From Rickettsiaceae bacterium (GTDB lineage: Bacteria; Pseudomonadota; Alphaproteobacteria; Rickettsiales; UBA1997), in NCBI GenBank assembly GCA_021323225.1, contig JAJTCH010000003.1:1495-65494 (forward strand): a DNA stretch of 64,000 nt, written 5' to 3'. The position numbers and the translations under genes were made by a program. The notes under the pieces are model-generated. The model was not told the DNA's origin, searched no databases, and saw nothing but the letters and a program-made list of their open reading frames with translations. Within the stretch, counting starts at the first letter, position 1. Every line of letters starts with the position of its first letter. Positions 56,422-64,000 of this stretch are shown here, piece after piece.

Positions 56422-57093
56422 ATGGATAAGTTAGAAAAGTTTTTACAAATCATTGGTTATCAGTTTAAAAATTCCTCTTTGCTAGAGGAAGCTTTGACTC
56501 ATCCGAGCCTTTCTAAAACTAGCCATACTGCCAATTACCAAAGGCTAGAATTTTTAGGTGATGCTGTTTTAGGGATGGTGATTGCAGAAATTCTCATTAA
56601 AAAATATCCAGCTGAAAATGAAGGCGCACTTTCTAGAAGACAAGCCCATCTTGTTTCCGGAGATGTATTATCGCAAGTTGCTCAAAATATTGGCATTAGC
56701 GAAGTTTTAAAATTATCGGAAGGAGAAAATATTATTGGTGGTAAAACCAATAAAAAGAATTTGGAAAATGCTTGCGAAGCGTTGATTGGCGCGATTTATC
56801 TTGATTCCGGTTTAGAAAGTTGCCAGGAATTTATTTTAAAAAATTGGCAAAAAATTATTGATGAAAATCAAACTCCTCCGCAAGATCCGGTTTCGTTGCT
56901 ACAAGAAATAGTTCAATCTAAATCCAAAAAATCTCCGATTTACGATATAAAACAAACCGGCGGCAATAGCCACCAGCCGGTCTTTACCGCTACTTTAGAA
57001 ATTGACCAAAAACAATATAGCGCTCTTGGTTCTTCCAAAAAAGAAGCACAAAAAAATGCCGCCATCTTGGCACTCGACGATCTCAACTCTTAG
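56422..57093 (+). CDS. rnc: Ribonuclease III
   Basis: ALTHPS, YQRLEFLGDAVL, EALIGAIYLD motifs; C-terminal dsRBD. Confidence 0.97.
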   Translation: MDKLEKFLQIIGYQFKNSSLLEEALTHPSLSKTSHTANYQRLEFLGDAVLGMVIAEILIKKYPAENEGALSRRQAHLVSGDVLSQVAQNIGISEVLKLSEGENIIGGKTNKKNLENACEALIGAIYLDSGLESCQEFILKNWQKIIDENQTPPQDPVSLLQEIVQSKSKKSPIYDIKQTGGNSHQPVFTATLEIDQKQYSALGSSKKEAQKNAAILALDDLNS

Positions 57094-57235
57094 AACCCAA
57101 CCTCTATTTCTACTAGGCTGGACGTAAATGAATGGTTTGCTGTGCTTCCGGTGCTCACGTACTGATGTACGCTGCCTCCGGTTCTCGCAAACCACTCATT
57201 TCCGTATCATCCTAGCGAGATATAGGATGGGTTCT
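57092..57235. repeat. 144-bp RPE-like palindromic (MITE-like) element
   Basis: Termini AGAACCCA...TGGGTTCT, about 50-bp imperfect arms, core CGGTGCTCACGTAC..GTACGCTGC resembling Rickettsia palindromic elements. Confidence 0.8.
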
Positions 57236-57266
57236 CGGAGCAATTGAATTTAATAAACTAAAAATT

Positions 57267-58445
57267 ATGCATCTAATCAAAATCAAAAAAGGGCAAGACA
57301 GGAAAATTAATGCTGGCCATCCTTGGGTTTATTCTAATGAAATTGAACCCTCGCCAAGTCTTGCTGAAATTGGCTCTGGAGCTTTAGTTAAAGTTGTAAA
57401 TTGCTTCGGAAATTTTTTGGGAACCGGTTATTATAATCGCCATTCTTTGATTGCAGTTCGCATCTTGAGCAGAACAGAAAATCAGGAAATTAATCAGAAT
57501 TTTTTGGTGAAAAAAATTCAATCAGCTCTGGAAGTAAGACAGAAATTTTTTCCACAATCTTATTATCGCTTAATTCATTCCGAAGCCGATGGCTTACCAG
57601 GCTTGATTATCGACCGCTTTGATAATTTGTTAGTTTTACAAATCGCAACTGCCGGAATGGAAAATTTGTTGGAATTATTAATTGCTGCCTTAAACACAAT
57701 TTTTACTGATGCGATCATTGCTCTCAGAAATGATATTCCAGCCAGAAAATTAGAAGGTTTGGAAGAATATGTAAAAATTGTTCAGAGCGAATTGCCAGAG
57801 AAAAATATTCTTATTGAAAATGGTTTGAAATTTTATTTTGATCCAATTGCAGGACAAAAAACCGGCTGGTTTTTTGATCAGGCGCAAAATCGTAAATTCA
57901 TTTCCACTCTTGCCAAAGACGCAGATATTTTGGATTGCTATTGTTATAATGGAGGCTTTGGGATCAATGCTGCAGCGGCGGAAGCTAAATCAGTCACTTT
58001 TGTGGATTCTTCTGATTTGGCAATTAGCAATGTCCAAAAAAATATCGCACTTAATAATTTGAATGGTGATTGCAAATTTATTAACGGCAAAGTTTTTGAT
58101 GAGTTAGAAAATCTGATTCAAGCCGGCAAAAAATTCCAAGTTGTGGTGCTTGATCCGCCCGCTTTTATCAAATCCAAAAAAGATTTTTTCACCGGCATCA
58201 AAGGCTATGAAAAATTAACTAAAATTGCCGCTAAATTAGTGACGAAAGGTGGCTATTTATTTATCGCTTCTTGCTCTCACAATGCTGGTTTGCAAGACTT
58301 GATCAAGGCAACAGCGACTGGCATTGAAAAGGCTGGTAAAAATGCTAAAATAATCAGAATTTTCGGCGCCGGTTTTGATCACCCACTTCATCCGTTTTTA
58401 CCGGAAAGTGAATATTTAAAATCGATAACTTATCAGATTTCTTAG
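57267..58445 (+). CDS. rlmI: Class I SAM-dependent rRNA methyltransferase (RlmI-like)
   Basis: PUA domain GHPWVYSNEI, SEADGLPGLIIDRF, GQKTGWFFDQ, LDPPAF motifs. Confidence 0.9.
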   Translation: MHLIKIKKGQDRKINAGHPWVYSNEIEPSPSLAEIGSGALVKVVNCFGNFLGTGYYNRHSLIAVRILSRTENQEINQNFLVKKIQSALEVRQKFFPQSYYRLIHSEADGLPGLIIDRFDNLLVLQIATAGMENLLELLIAALNTIFTDAIIALRNDIPARKLEGLEEYVKIVQSELPEKNILIENGLKFYFDPIAGQKTGWFFDQAQNRKFISTLAKDADILDCYCYNGGFGINAAAAEAKSVTFVDSSDLAISNVQKNIALNNLNGDCKFINGKVFDELENLIQAGKKFQVVVLDPPAFIKSKKDFFTGIKGYEKLTKIAAKLVTKGGYLFIASCSHNAGLQDLIKATATGIEKAGKNAKIIRIFGAGFDHPLHPFLPESEYLKSITYQIS

Positions 58446-58498
58446 GTCTGGTTTATTGTTTTTTTCAATATTTTTTGATTTCCAAAATATCAATTTTT

Positions 58499-58591
58499 CT
58501 CGGTGTCATTCTGGCGAAAGCCAGAATCCATCTTTCATCGAGTTCGGTTTATAGTCCTCTGGATTCTGGCTTTCGCCAGAATGACACCGAG
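58499..58591. repeat. REP-doublet / RPE-4-like palindrome with perfect 32-bp inverted arms
   Basis: CTCGGTGTCATTCTGGCGAAAGCCAGAATCCA (58499-58530) and its exact reverse complement (58560-58591); between convergent genes. Confidence 0.9.
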
Positions 58592-58594
58592 GAT

Positions 58595-60316
58595 TTATTT
58601 GGAATAAATCCCAACAATTTTCTCCAGCCATTTTTTCTCTTCCGATTTCAAATCACTTTTCAGCTCTTTATAAATTGTCGAATGATAATCGCTAAGCCAT
58701 GATTTTTCTTGCTTGCTGAGCATTTCAAAATCAACTAATTTTGGATCAATCGGCACAAGAGTTAGAGTTTTAAATTGCAAAAATTTTGCAGTTTTCTCTT
58801 CACATTTTTCTACCAAAATCAAATTCTCAATTCTGATTCCATATTCTCCTGTTTTGTAATAGCCAGGTTCGTTAGACAAAATCATTCCTTCTTGCAGTGC
58901 AACTCCATCACTTCTTTTGCTAATTGAGGGTGGAGATTCGTGAACTGATGAAAAGCTGCCAACGCCATGGCCTGTTCCATGTTCATAATCCAAACCATTT
59001 TGCCAAAGATTGTATCTAGCTAAAATATCAAGATTATTTCCGGTTGTGCCGGCAGGAAATTTTGCAAGAGCAATTGCAATATGGCCTTTTAAAACAAGAG
59101 TGAAATTTCTGATCATTTCCTTACTTGGCTTGCCAACAGCAATTGTCCTGGTCACATCTGTTGTTCCTTCCAAATATTGTCCGCCGGAATCAATCAAAAA
59201 TAATGAATTTCCTTTGATGATTTTATTGGTTTTTTTACTTGCATGGTAATGAACAATTGCTCCGTTGGAACCAAAGCCAGCAATAGTTGCAAAGCTTGGA
59301 TAAAAAAATTCTTTACCAGCTTTTCTAAATTCTAAAAGTTTTTCTGCTACAGAAATTTCATCAAGTTTTTGTTTTTTAGAAAGTGAATTTTCCAGCCAAA
59401 ATAAAAATCTAGTAACGGCCAATCCATCGAGCTGATGTGCCTTGATGGCGTTTTTAATTTCGGTTTTATTTTTTATTGCTTTATGAATCAGGCAAGGATC
59501 AGTCTTGTCGATAATGTTAATTTTTTGTTTTTGCAAAACATCACAGAGCCAGTAATTTGCTTGGTTAAAATCAAGTTGGATATTTTTGGAATTTTTAATT
59601 TCACTCTTCAAAGAAGCTTCATCAAATAATTTTGCTTTACCACTGGAATGAATAATTGCATAGCTGAGAAGCAATGGCGAATATTCAATATCACTTGCGC
59701 GGATGTTGAAAAGCCAGCAAACCGAAGTTGGATTTGTCAAAATTATTGCATCAGTTTTTTGATCCATTACGGCGATAATTTTTTTGATTTTATCTGCGCT
59801 TGATTCTCCGCAATATTTTATTTGGTGCTCAAAAATCTTGCTTTGCAGCTTTTGCGGCTGGCTCTGCCAAATAGAATCAATCGGGTTTTGTTCCAATGAA
59901 ATTAAATTTTCTCCAAAATATTTTTGATAATTCTTTATGGAATTTATGCTGTGAAGTTTTGGATCAAATCCAATTTTATGCGAAGGTGAAGGCGACAAAG
60001 AACGAAGCCAAGCAAGAGGAGATTTATCTGCTAAATTGTAAATTTCAAAAACATCAGCATCAACTTCTGCCGCCGCTTGCAATGTGTATCTGCCGTCTGT
60101 CCAAAAAGCCGATTTTTTCTGTCCGATAATTGCAAATGCGTTGGATCCGGTAAAGCCAGTGACAAATTGCAATCTCTTGGCATATTCCGGCAAATATTCG
60201 CTGGCAAATTCATCGCTATTTGGAATGAGGAAAAAATCCAGTCCAAGCTTTTTCATTTGTGATTTCAACAGCTCGGTATTTTTTTGGGTTGTCTTCATTT
60301 GTGTTGGAATTAACAT
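58595..60316 (-). CDS. Xaa-Pro aminopeptidase (aminopeptidase P, M24B)
   Basis: TGFTGS, TDGRY, LIDSGGQY..GTTDVTRT, HGTGHGVG, SNEPGYY, GIRIEN motifs; alternative start 60298. Confidence 0.95.
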   Translation of the reverse strand: MLIPTQMKTTQKNTELLKSQMKKLGLDFFLIPNSDEFASEYLPEYAKRLQFVTGFTGSNAFAIIGQKKSAFWTDGRYTLQAAAEVDADVFEIYNLADKSPLAWLRSLSPSPSHKIGFDPKLHSINSIKNYQKYFGENLISLEQNPIDSIWQSQPQKLQSKIFEHQIKYCGESSADKIKKIIAVMDQKTDAIILTNPTSVCWLFNIRASDIEYSPLLLSYAIIHSSGKAKLFDEASLKSEIKNSKNIQLDFNQANYWLCDVLQKQKINIIDKTDPCLIHKAIKNKTEIKNAIKAHQLDGLAVTRFLFWLENSLSKKQKLDEISVAEKLLEFRKAGKEFFYPSFATIAGFGSNGAIVHYHASKKTNKIIKGNSLFLIDSGGQYLEGTTDVTRTIAVGKPSKEMIRNFTLVLKGHIAIALAKFPAGTTGNNLDILARYNLWQNGLDYEHGTGHGVGSFSSVHESPPSISKRSDGVALQEGMILSNEPGYYKTGEYGIRIENLILVEKCEEKTAKFLQFKTLTLVPIDPKLVDFEMLSKQEKSWLSDYHSTIYKELKSDLKSEEKKWLEKIVGIYSK

Positions 60317-60365
60317 GGATGGCTCTTAAAGCGGTTCACCCGCAATTCTAAATTTACAAAAACAG

Positions 60366-61787
60366 ATGGCAAATAAAACAACCTATTCCTGCCAGGAATG
60401 CGGCACAATTCACAGCAAATGGGCGGGTAAGTGCCCAGATTGCGGCTCTTGGAATTCTCTGATTGAAGAATATGAATTTGGTGGCGCAGCAAATCGTGAT
60501 GGTGGTAGCTTGACCACAAATATTTTATCTAACGCAAAAACTACTAAAGAGAAAGGAAGCAAAATCGAAATGGCCGGTTTGGATTCCGTTGGTATTGATA
60601 TTCCCCGCATTCAAGTTGGGATTGCGGAGTTGGATAGAGTTTTGGGCGGCGGGTTGGTAAAGGGCTCGGCGGTTTTGATTGGTGGCGATCCGGGAATTGG
60701 TAAATCAACCTTGCTTCTTCAATCAGCAGCCTCTTTGGCAAATTTGGGTAATAACATTTACTACATTTCTGGTGAAGAGTCGATTGATCAAGTGCGTTTG
60801 CGCGCTAAGAGATTGGGCCTGGAAAAGTCAGGTGTGAAATTAGCTTCCACCACCAATGTCTTGGATATTTTAAAAACCATGGATAATAAAGAGCCGCCAA
60901 CAGTGGTGATTATTGACTCTATCCAAACTATGTATATTGAAGATTTATCTTCTGCTCCGGGCACTGTTTCGCAGGTGAGGGCTTCAGCTGGTGAATTGAC
61001 CATGCTTGCTAAGCGAAAAAATATCATTCTGGTGATTGTTAGTCATGTTACTAAAGACGGGCAAATCGCTGGTCCGAAGGTTCTGGAGCATTTGGTCGAT
61101 ACCGTGCTTTATTTTGAAGGCGAGCGTGGACATCAATTTCGTATTTTGCGCTCAATCAAAAACCGCTACGGCGCCGCCAATGAAATCGGCGTGTTTGAAA
61201 TGAATGATATGGGGTTGGCAGAAGTTACTAATCCAAGTGCGTTATTTTTATCAAGCAGAACTGAAAATATTAGCGGCGCAGCTGTGTTTGCAGGCATGGA
61301 AGGCACTAGACCAATTTTAGTTGAGGTGCAGGCTTTAATTACTCCTTCCTTTATGCCAACACCAAGACGCGCAGTTGTTGGCTGGGATCTAAATCGGTTG
61401 GCGATGATTATTGCTATTTTAAATGCCAGATTCGGTTTGAATTTGGGCGATAAGGAAGTTTATTTAAATGTGGCCGGCGGCTTAAAAATCAATGAACCGG
61501 GCGCTGATTTGGCAGTTGCCGCAGCACTAATTTCTGCCGCCCGCGATATTCCACTACCCAATAACTGCGCCATCATGGGCGAGCTAGGACTAAGCGGCGA
61601 AGTGCGCATGGTTTCTGGTATCGACACCAGATTAAAAGAAGCAGCAAAACTGGGCTTTGAAAATATTATTGTGCCTAGCGGAGTGGAGAAATTGAAAAGC
61701 TGGAAGGGAATTAAAAATAATTTGCAGGAAGTGAATATTCAAACCGTCTCACATATTCGGGATTTGGCGAGGTTTTTTAGGAAATAA
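60366..61787 (+). CDS. radA: DNA repair protein RadA/Sms
   Basis: C4 zinc finger CQECG..CPDCG, GDPGIGKSTL, KNRYG, Lon-like C-terminus. Confidence 0.98.
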   Translation: MANKTTYSCQECGTIHSKWAGKCPDCGSWNSLIEEYEFGGAANRDGGSLTTNILSNAKTTKEKGSKIEMAGLDSVGIDIPRIQVGIAELDRVLGGGLVKGSAVLIGGDPGIGKSTLLLQSAASLANLGNNIYYISGEESIDQVRLRAKRLGLEKSGVKLASTTNVLDILKTMDNKEPPTVVIIDSIQTMYIEDLSSAPGTVSQVRASAGELTMLAKRKNIILVIVSHVTKDGQIAGPKVLEHLVDTVLYFEGERGHQFRILRSIKNRYGAANEIGVFEMNDMGLAEVTNPSALFLSSRTENISGAAVFAGMEGTRPILVEVQALITPSFMPTPRRAVVGWDLNRLAMIIAILNARFGLNLGDKEVYLNVAGGLKINEPGADLAVAAALISAARDIPLPNNCAIMGELGLSGEVRMVSGIDTRLKEAAKLGFENIIVPSGVEKLKSWKGIKNNLQEVNIQTVSHIRDLARFFRK

Positions 61788-61794
61788 TTTGTTA

Positions 61795-62373
61795 TCATTT
61801 TCCTGCTGTTTTGCGAATTATTGGCTGCTTACATTCCTTGTTCTTTTGACTGATAAAATCTTTTTCTTTCTGATCCATTTCAAGTGCCCACTGTTTTTTA
61901 ATTTTCTGCCAAATTTTAATGTAATCGCATTGGAATTTTTTATTAGGCGGCAGCCAATCAGAGGGGTCTTTGTCGCCTTTTGCCCTATTGGCACTTTTAT
62001 AAACCGCGATTAAAACTTCAGGATTGCTCAGGTCATTAGCATATTTCATCTTTTTATCTTTTGGCCATTGGTGACCACCACTTCTATCAACTTCCCCAAG
62101 CGGAACGAAATGGTCGATATCCAAATCATTTGGATTTGTAAAATATTTGTCGGTGTAAGGATCGTGCCATTTGCCTTTAACCACTGCGCATCCTTTTTGA
62201 TCAAGTGTTACTTTTTCTAAACTCTCAGCAATTAAAACTTCCTGCCTAGTATTTTGGCAATCTTTGTCGGCATCTATCCAGTGTTTGTAATCACTTCTTG
62301 AATAGTGATAAACCACAGTTGTAGACATAACAATTGCTGCTACTACCGTTGTAATCTTTTTTGCTTTTGGCAT
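61795..62373 (-). CDS. DUF1524-like HNH endonuclease, probably exported
   Basis: HWIDADKDCQNTRQEVL, W.DPYT, DIDHFVPL, NRAKGDKDPSDWLP motifs; basic plus hydrophobic N-terminus from ATG 62373. Confidence 0.8.
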   Translation of the reverse strand: MPKAKKITTVVAAIVMSTTVVYHYSRSDYKHWIDADKDCQNTRQEVLIAESLEKVTLDQKGCAVVKGKWHDPYTDKYFTNPNDLDIDHFVPLGEVDRSGGHQWPKDKKMKYANDLSNPEVLIAVYKSANRAKGDKDPSDWLPPNKKFQCDYIKIWQKIKKQWALEMDQKEKDFISQKNKECKQPIIRKTAGK

Positions 62374-62416
62374 TTTCTTAATTAGTGATGGAACTGAGAT
62401 AGAATTTGAATTCGTG

Positions 62417-62950
62417 CTATCGAATAATCGGATAATCACGGCAATTAGGAAGCTGGTAATGCCACCATTCCTTGCTGTAAAAATCCCATCCGGCAGTCAT
62501 CATGATGCCGAATAAAATATAGCGGTTTTTTTGGGCGAGGGCGGAGATTTCGGTGCTGCCATGGGCTGCCAGATCGGTGAAATTGTCAAAATCAGTTCCC
62601 ATATCCAACTCTTTTCCTGATTCATCAATTAAAGTTAGATCAACTGCCACGCCTCTGCAATGTGGAACGGCGCCTGTTTTTGGATTGGAAACAAAACCTC
62701 CGTCAGGGAATTTTTCAAATAAAAATTCTTGTGAGGTGATTGGGCGGAAGGCGTCAAAAATTTTGAATCTCAAACCTTGAATTTTTGCTAACTTGATTGC
62801 TTTTACTAATGCTTGTGCCGCGTCTTTATGCAAAGAGGAATGTGGCTGATCATAAATTTTTTCGCCGGTGACATTGTTGTTGGTGGCATATCTGATATCA
62901 AGCTCGACATCAAAACCATTTTCTTTATTGATCGGGATTAGGTCTTGCAT
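62417..62950 (-). CDS. ddpX: D-alanyl-D-alanine dipeptidase (VanX/DdpX, M15D)
   Basis: DIRYATNNN, IFDAFRP, HCRGVAVDL, DMGTDFD, EWWHY motifs. Confidence 0.93.
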   Translation of the reverse strand: MQDLIPINKENGFDVELDIRYATNNNVTGEKIYDQPHSSLHKDAAQALVKAIKLAKIQGLRFKIFDAFRPITSQEFLFEKFPDGGFVSNPKTGAVPHCRGVAVDLTLIDESGKELDMGTDFDNFTDLAAHGSTEISALAQKNRYILFGIMMTAGWDFYSKEWWHYQLPNCRDYPIIR

Positions 62951-62959
62951 ATTTGCCTC

Positions 62960-63388
62960 CTAAAAAGGTTTTAAAATTACTAGAAAAATTATAGCAACCA
63001 TCAGCAAGGTTGGTACTTCATTGATGATGCGGTAAAATTTTTCACTTCTTTGATTTATGCCTTGTTCAAAATTTTTGCGGCATTTGGCAAGAAAGCCGTG
63101 GAAGCCAGCTAGGATGATAACAAGAGTAATTTTAGCATGAAGCCAACCACCGCTGAAACCAACAATATGAATCAACCAAAAACCAAAAATGAAAGTTGCG
63201 ATCATTGCCGGGTTCATGATAAGACGCAGCAGTTTTTTTTCCATTATTTGTAAGGTTAGATCAAGTTCTTCGCCAGTTTTTGCTTTGGTGTGATAGACAA
63301 AAAGTCGTGGCAAATAAAGCAGGCCGCACATCCAGGAAATAACAGCGATGATGTGAAGAGATTTGATGATGGGGTAGAGATTTTCCAT
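62960..63388 (-). CDS. hemJ: Protoporphyrinogen IX oxidase HemJ
   Basis: KSLHIIAVISWM.GLLYLPRLFVYH, IMNPAM, RIINEVPT, KPF motifs. Confidence 0.96.
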   Translation of the reverse strand: MENLYPIIKSLHIIAVISWMCGLLYLPRLFVYHTKAKTGEELDLTLQIMEKKLLRLIMNPAMIATFIFGFWLIHIVGFSGGWLHAKITLVIILAGFHGFLAKCRKNFEQGINQRSEKFYRIINEVPTLLMVAIIFLVILKPF

Positions 63389-63447
63389 TTTTGGGTGGAT
63401 TTTTAGGTGCTGTTTGGAATCGATTAAATCTCCTTTTTGATTTTCGA

Positions 63448-63489
63448 TCTAGATTTTCTAGGGCAACAAATCGCTCAAGAAAATCTAGA
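63448..63489. other. Intergenic hairpin with 12-bp perfect arms upstream of hemJ
   Basis: TCTAGATTTTCT ... AGAAAATCTAGA with inner GGGC/GCTC pairing. Confidence 0.5.
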
Positions 63490-63606
63490 GCTAGAATGAA
63501 AAGCGTGGAGAGTAAAAATTGCAAAATTCTATCGAACTAAATTGGTGAATTTTTGCAAGAATGATAAGGCGAAAATGAGAAAATAAATAGAGATTATAAT
63601 AAAGCG

Positions 63607-63807
63607 CTATCTATCCCCACCACTGCCACCTTTAAATTTCGGCACACTAATCGATTTCATTTTATGACCAGAGCCAGAAGCTGCAGCCGAACCTCTCTTG
63701 CCGCCTTTACCACCCCTGTTATTATGCGGATCATTGTTAAAAGGAGATGCCGGCTTTTTGAAAATTACCGGTTTTTGATCATCAGTTTTTGTTGTGTTAT
63801 TCGTCAT
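63607..63807 (-). CDS. Small basic Gly/Lys-rich disordered protein
   Basis: 66 aa ORF with ATG after an AT-rich leader; RGGKGGKRG and KFKGGSGG. Confidence 0.55.
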   Translation of the reverse strand: MTNNTTKTDDQKPVIFKKPASPFNNDPHNNRGGKGGKRGSAAASGSGHKMKSISVPKFKGGSGGDR

Positions 63808-63903
63808 AATTATAATTTTAATTTTATAGGACTCGTATCGGATTGTGGTTTATAACCGTGCACCAATTGTCAAATGTTTTGTCTACATATCTCGTAAGAT
63901 TTG

Positions 63904-63999
63904 TTAGGGCATCTTATTACTATCTACTTTTGATAGAGCTACTGAATCTGGAGTTGCTGATATCGGTAGAGGACAAGTAAATTTGCAAGGTATGTATTG
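63904..63999 (-). CDS. Possible C-terminus of a gene entering from the right edge
   Basis: Open frame QYIPCKFTCPLPISATPDSVALSKVDSNKMP* up to the window edge; only 31 codons visible. Confidence 0.3.
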   Translation of the reverse strand, partial: QYIPCKFTCPLPISATPDSVALSKVDSNKMP

Positions 64000-64000
64000 G

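Noticed and set aside
56995-57195. 66-aa minus-strand ORF
   Set aside because: Runs through the palindromic element and antisense to rnc; an artefact of the repeat
58475-58702. 75-aa plus-strand ORF (VILAKARIH...LDSGFRQND)
   Set aside because: This is the translation of the REP-like palindrome and overlaps the aminopeptidase antisense; no evidence it is a gene
63261-63524. 87-aa minus-strand ORF overlapping the hemJ start
   Set aside because: Out-of-frame overlap with hemJ, TTG start, crosses the hairpin, no recognisable features

Overview
AT-rich, densely coding alphaproteobacterial chromosome segment. It most likely comes from a deep-branching, metabolically richer Rickettsiales-like lineage. 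This is inferred from lpxI, hemJ, the adk-rpsM-rpsK-rpoA-rplQ order without rpsD, the argH-lptM synteny, RPE-like palindromes and an ankyrin protein, alongside leuC, argH, purK, panD, coaX, tpiA and acs. Bases 1-12.5 kb hold the S10-spc-alpha ribosomal protein superoperon, with rplS appended after rplQ. The rest is mostly housekeeping genes whose usual operon partners are missing from the window (hslV, tolB, purK, leuC, sdhA, lpxI, rnc). Accessory elements include a tandem pair of large type IV pilin-like paralogs with their own promoter and terminator, a lipoprotein plus ankyrin-repeat putative effector, and an FTR1 iron permease under an 18/19 canonical Fur box. There is also a SuhB that has lost its catalytic residues, a TPI with an acidic insertion, a DUF1524-like HNH nuclease, and several different palindromic intergenic elements. 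Two small genes missed by the ORF track (rpmC and lptM/yifL) were found by hand. I saw no tRNA, rRNA, CRISPR array, transposase or integrase. No single complete novel multi-gene system is demonstrable from this window. The best leads are the pilin-like pair, a possible shared C-terminal export signal on orphan proteins, the dead SuhB and the structured element after glyA. All family calls are by motif recognition, not database search.
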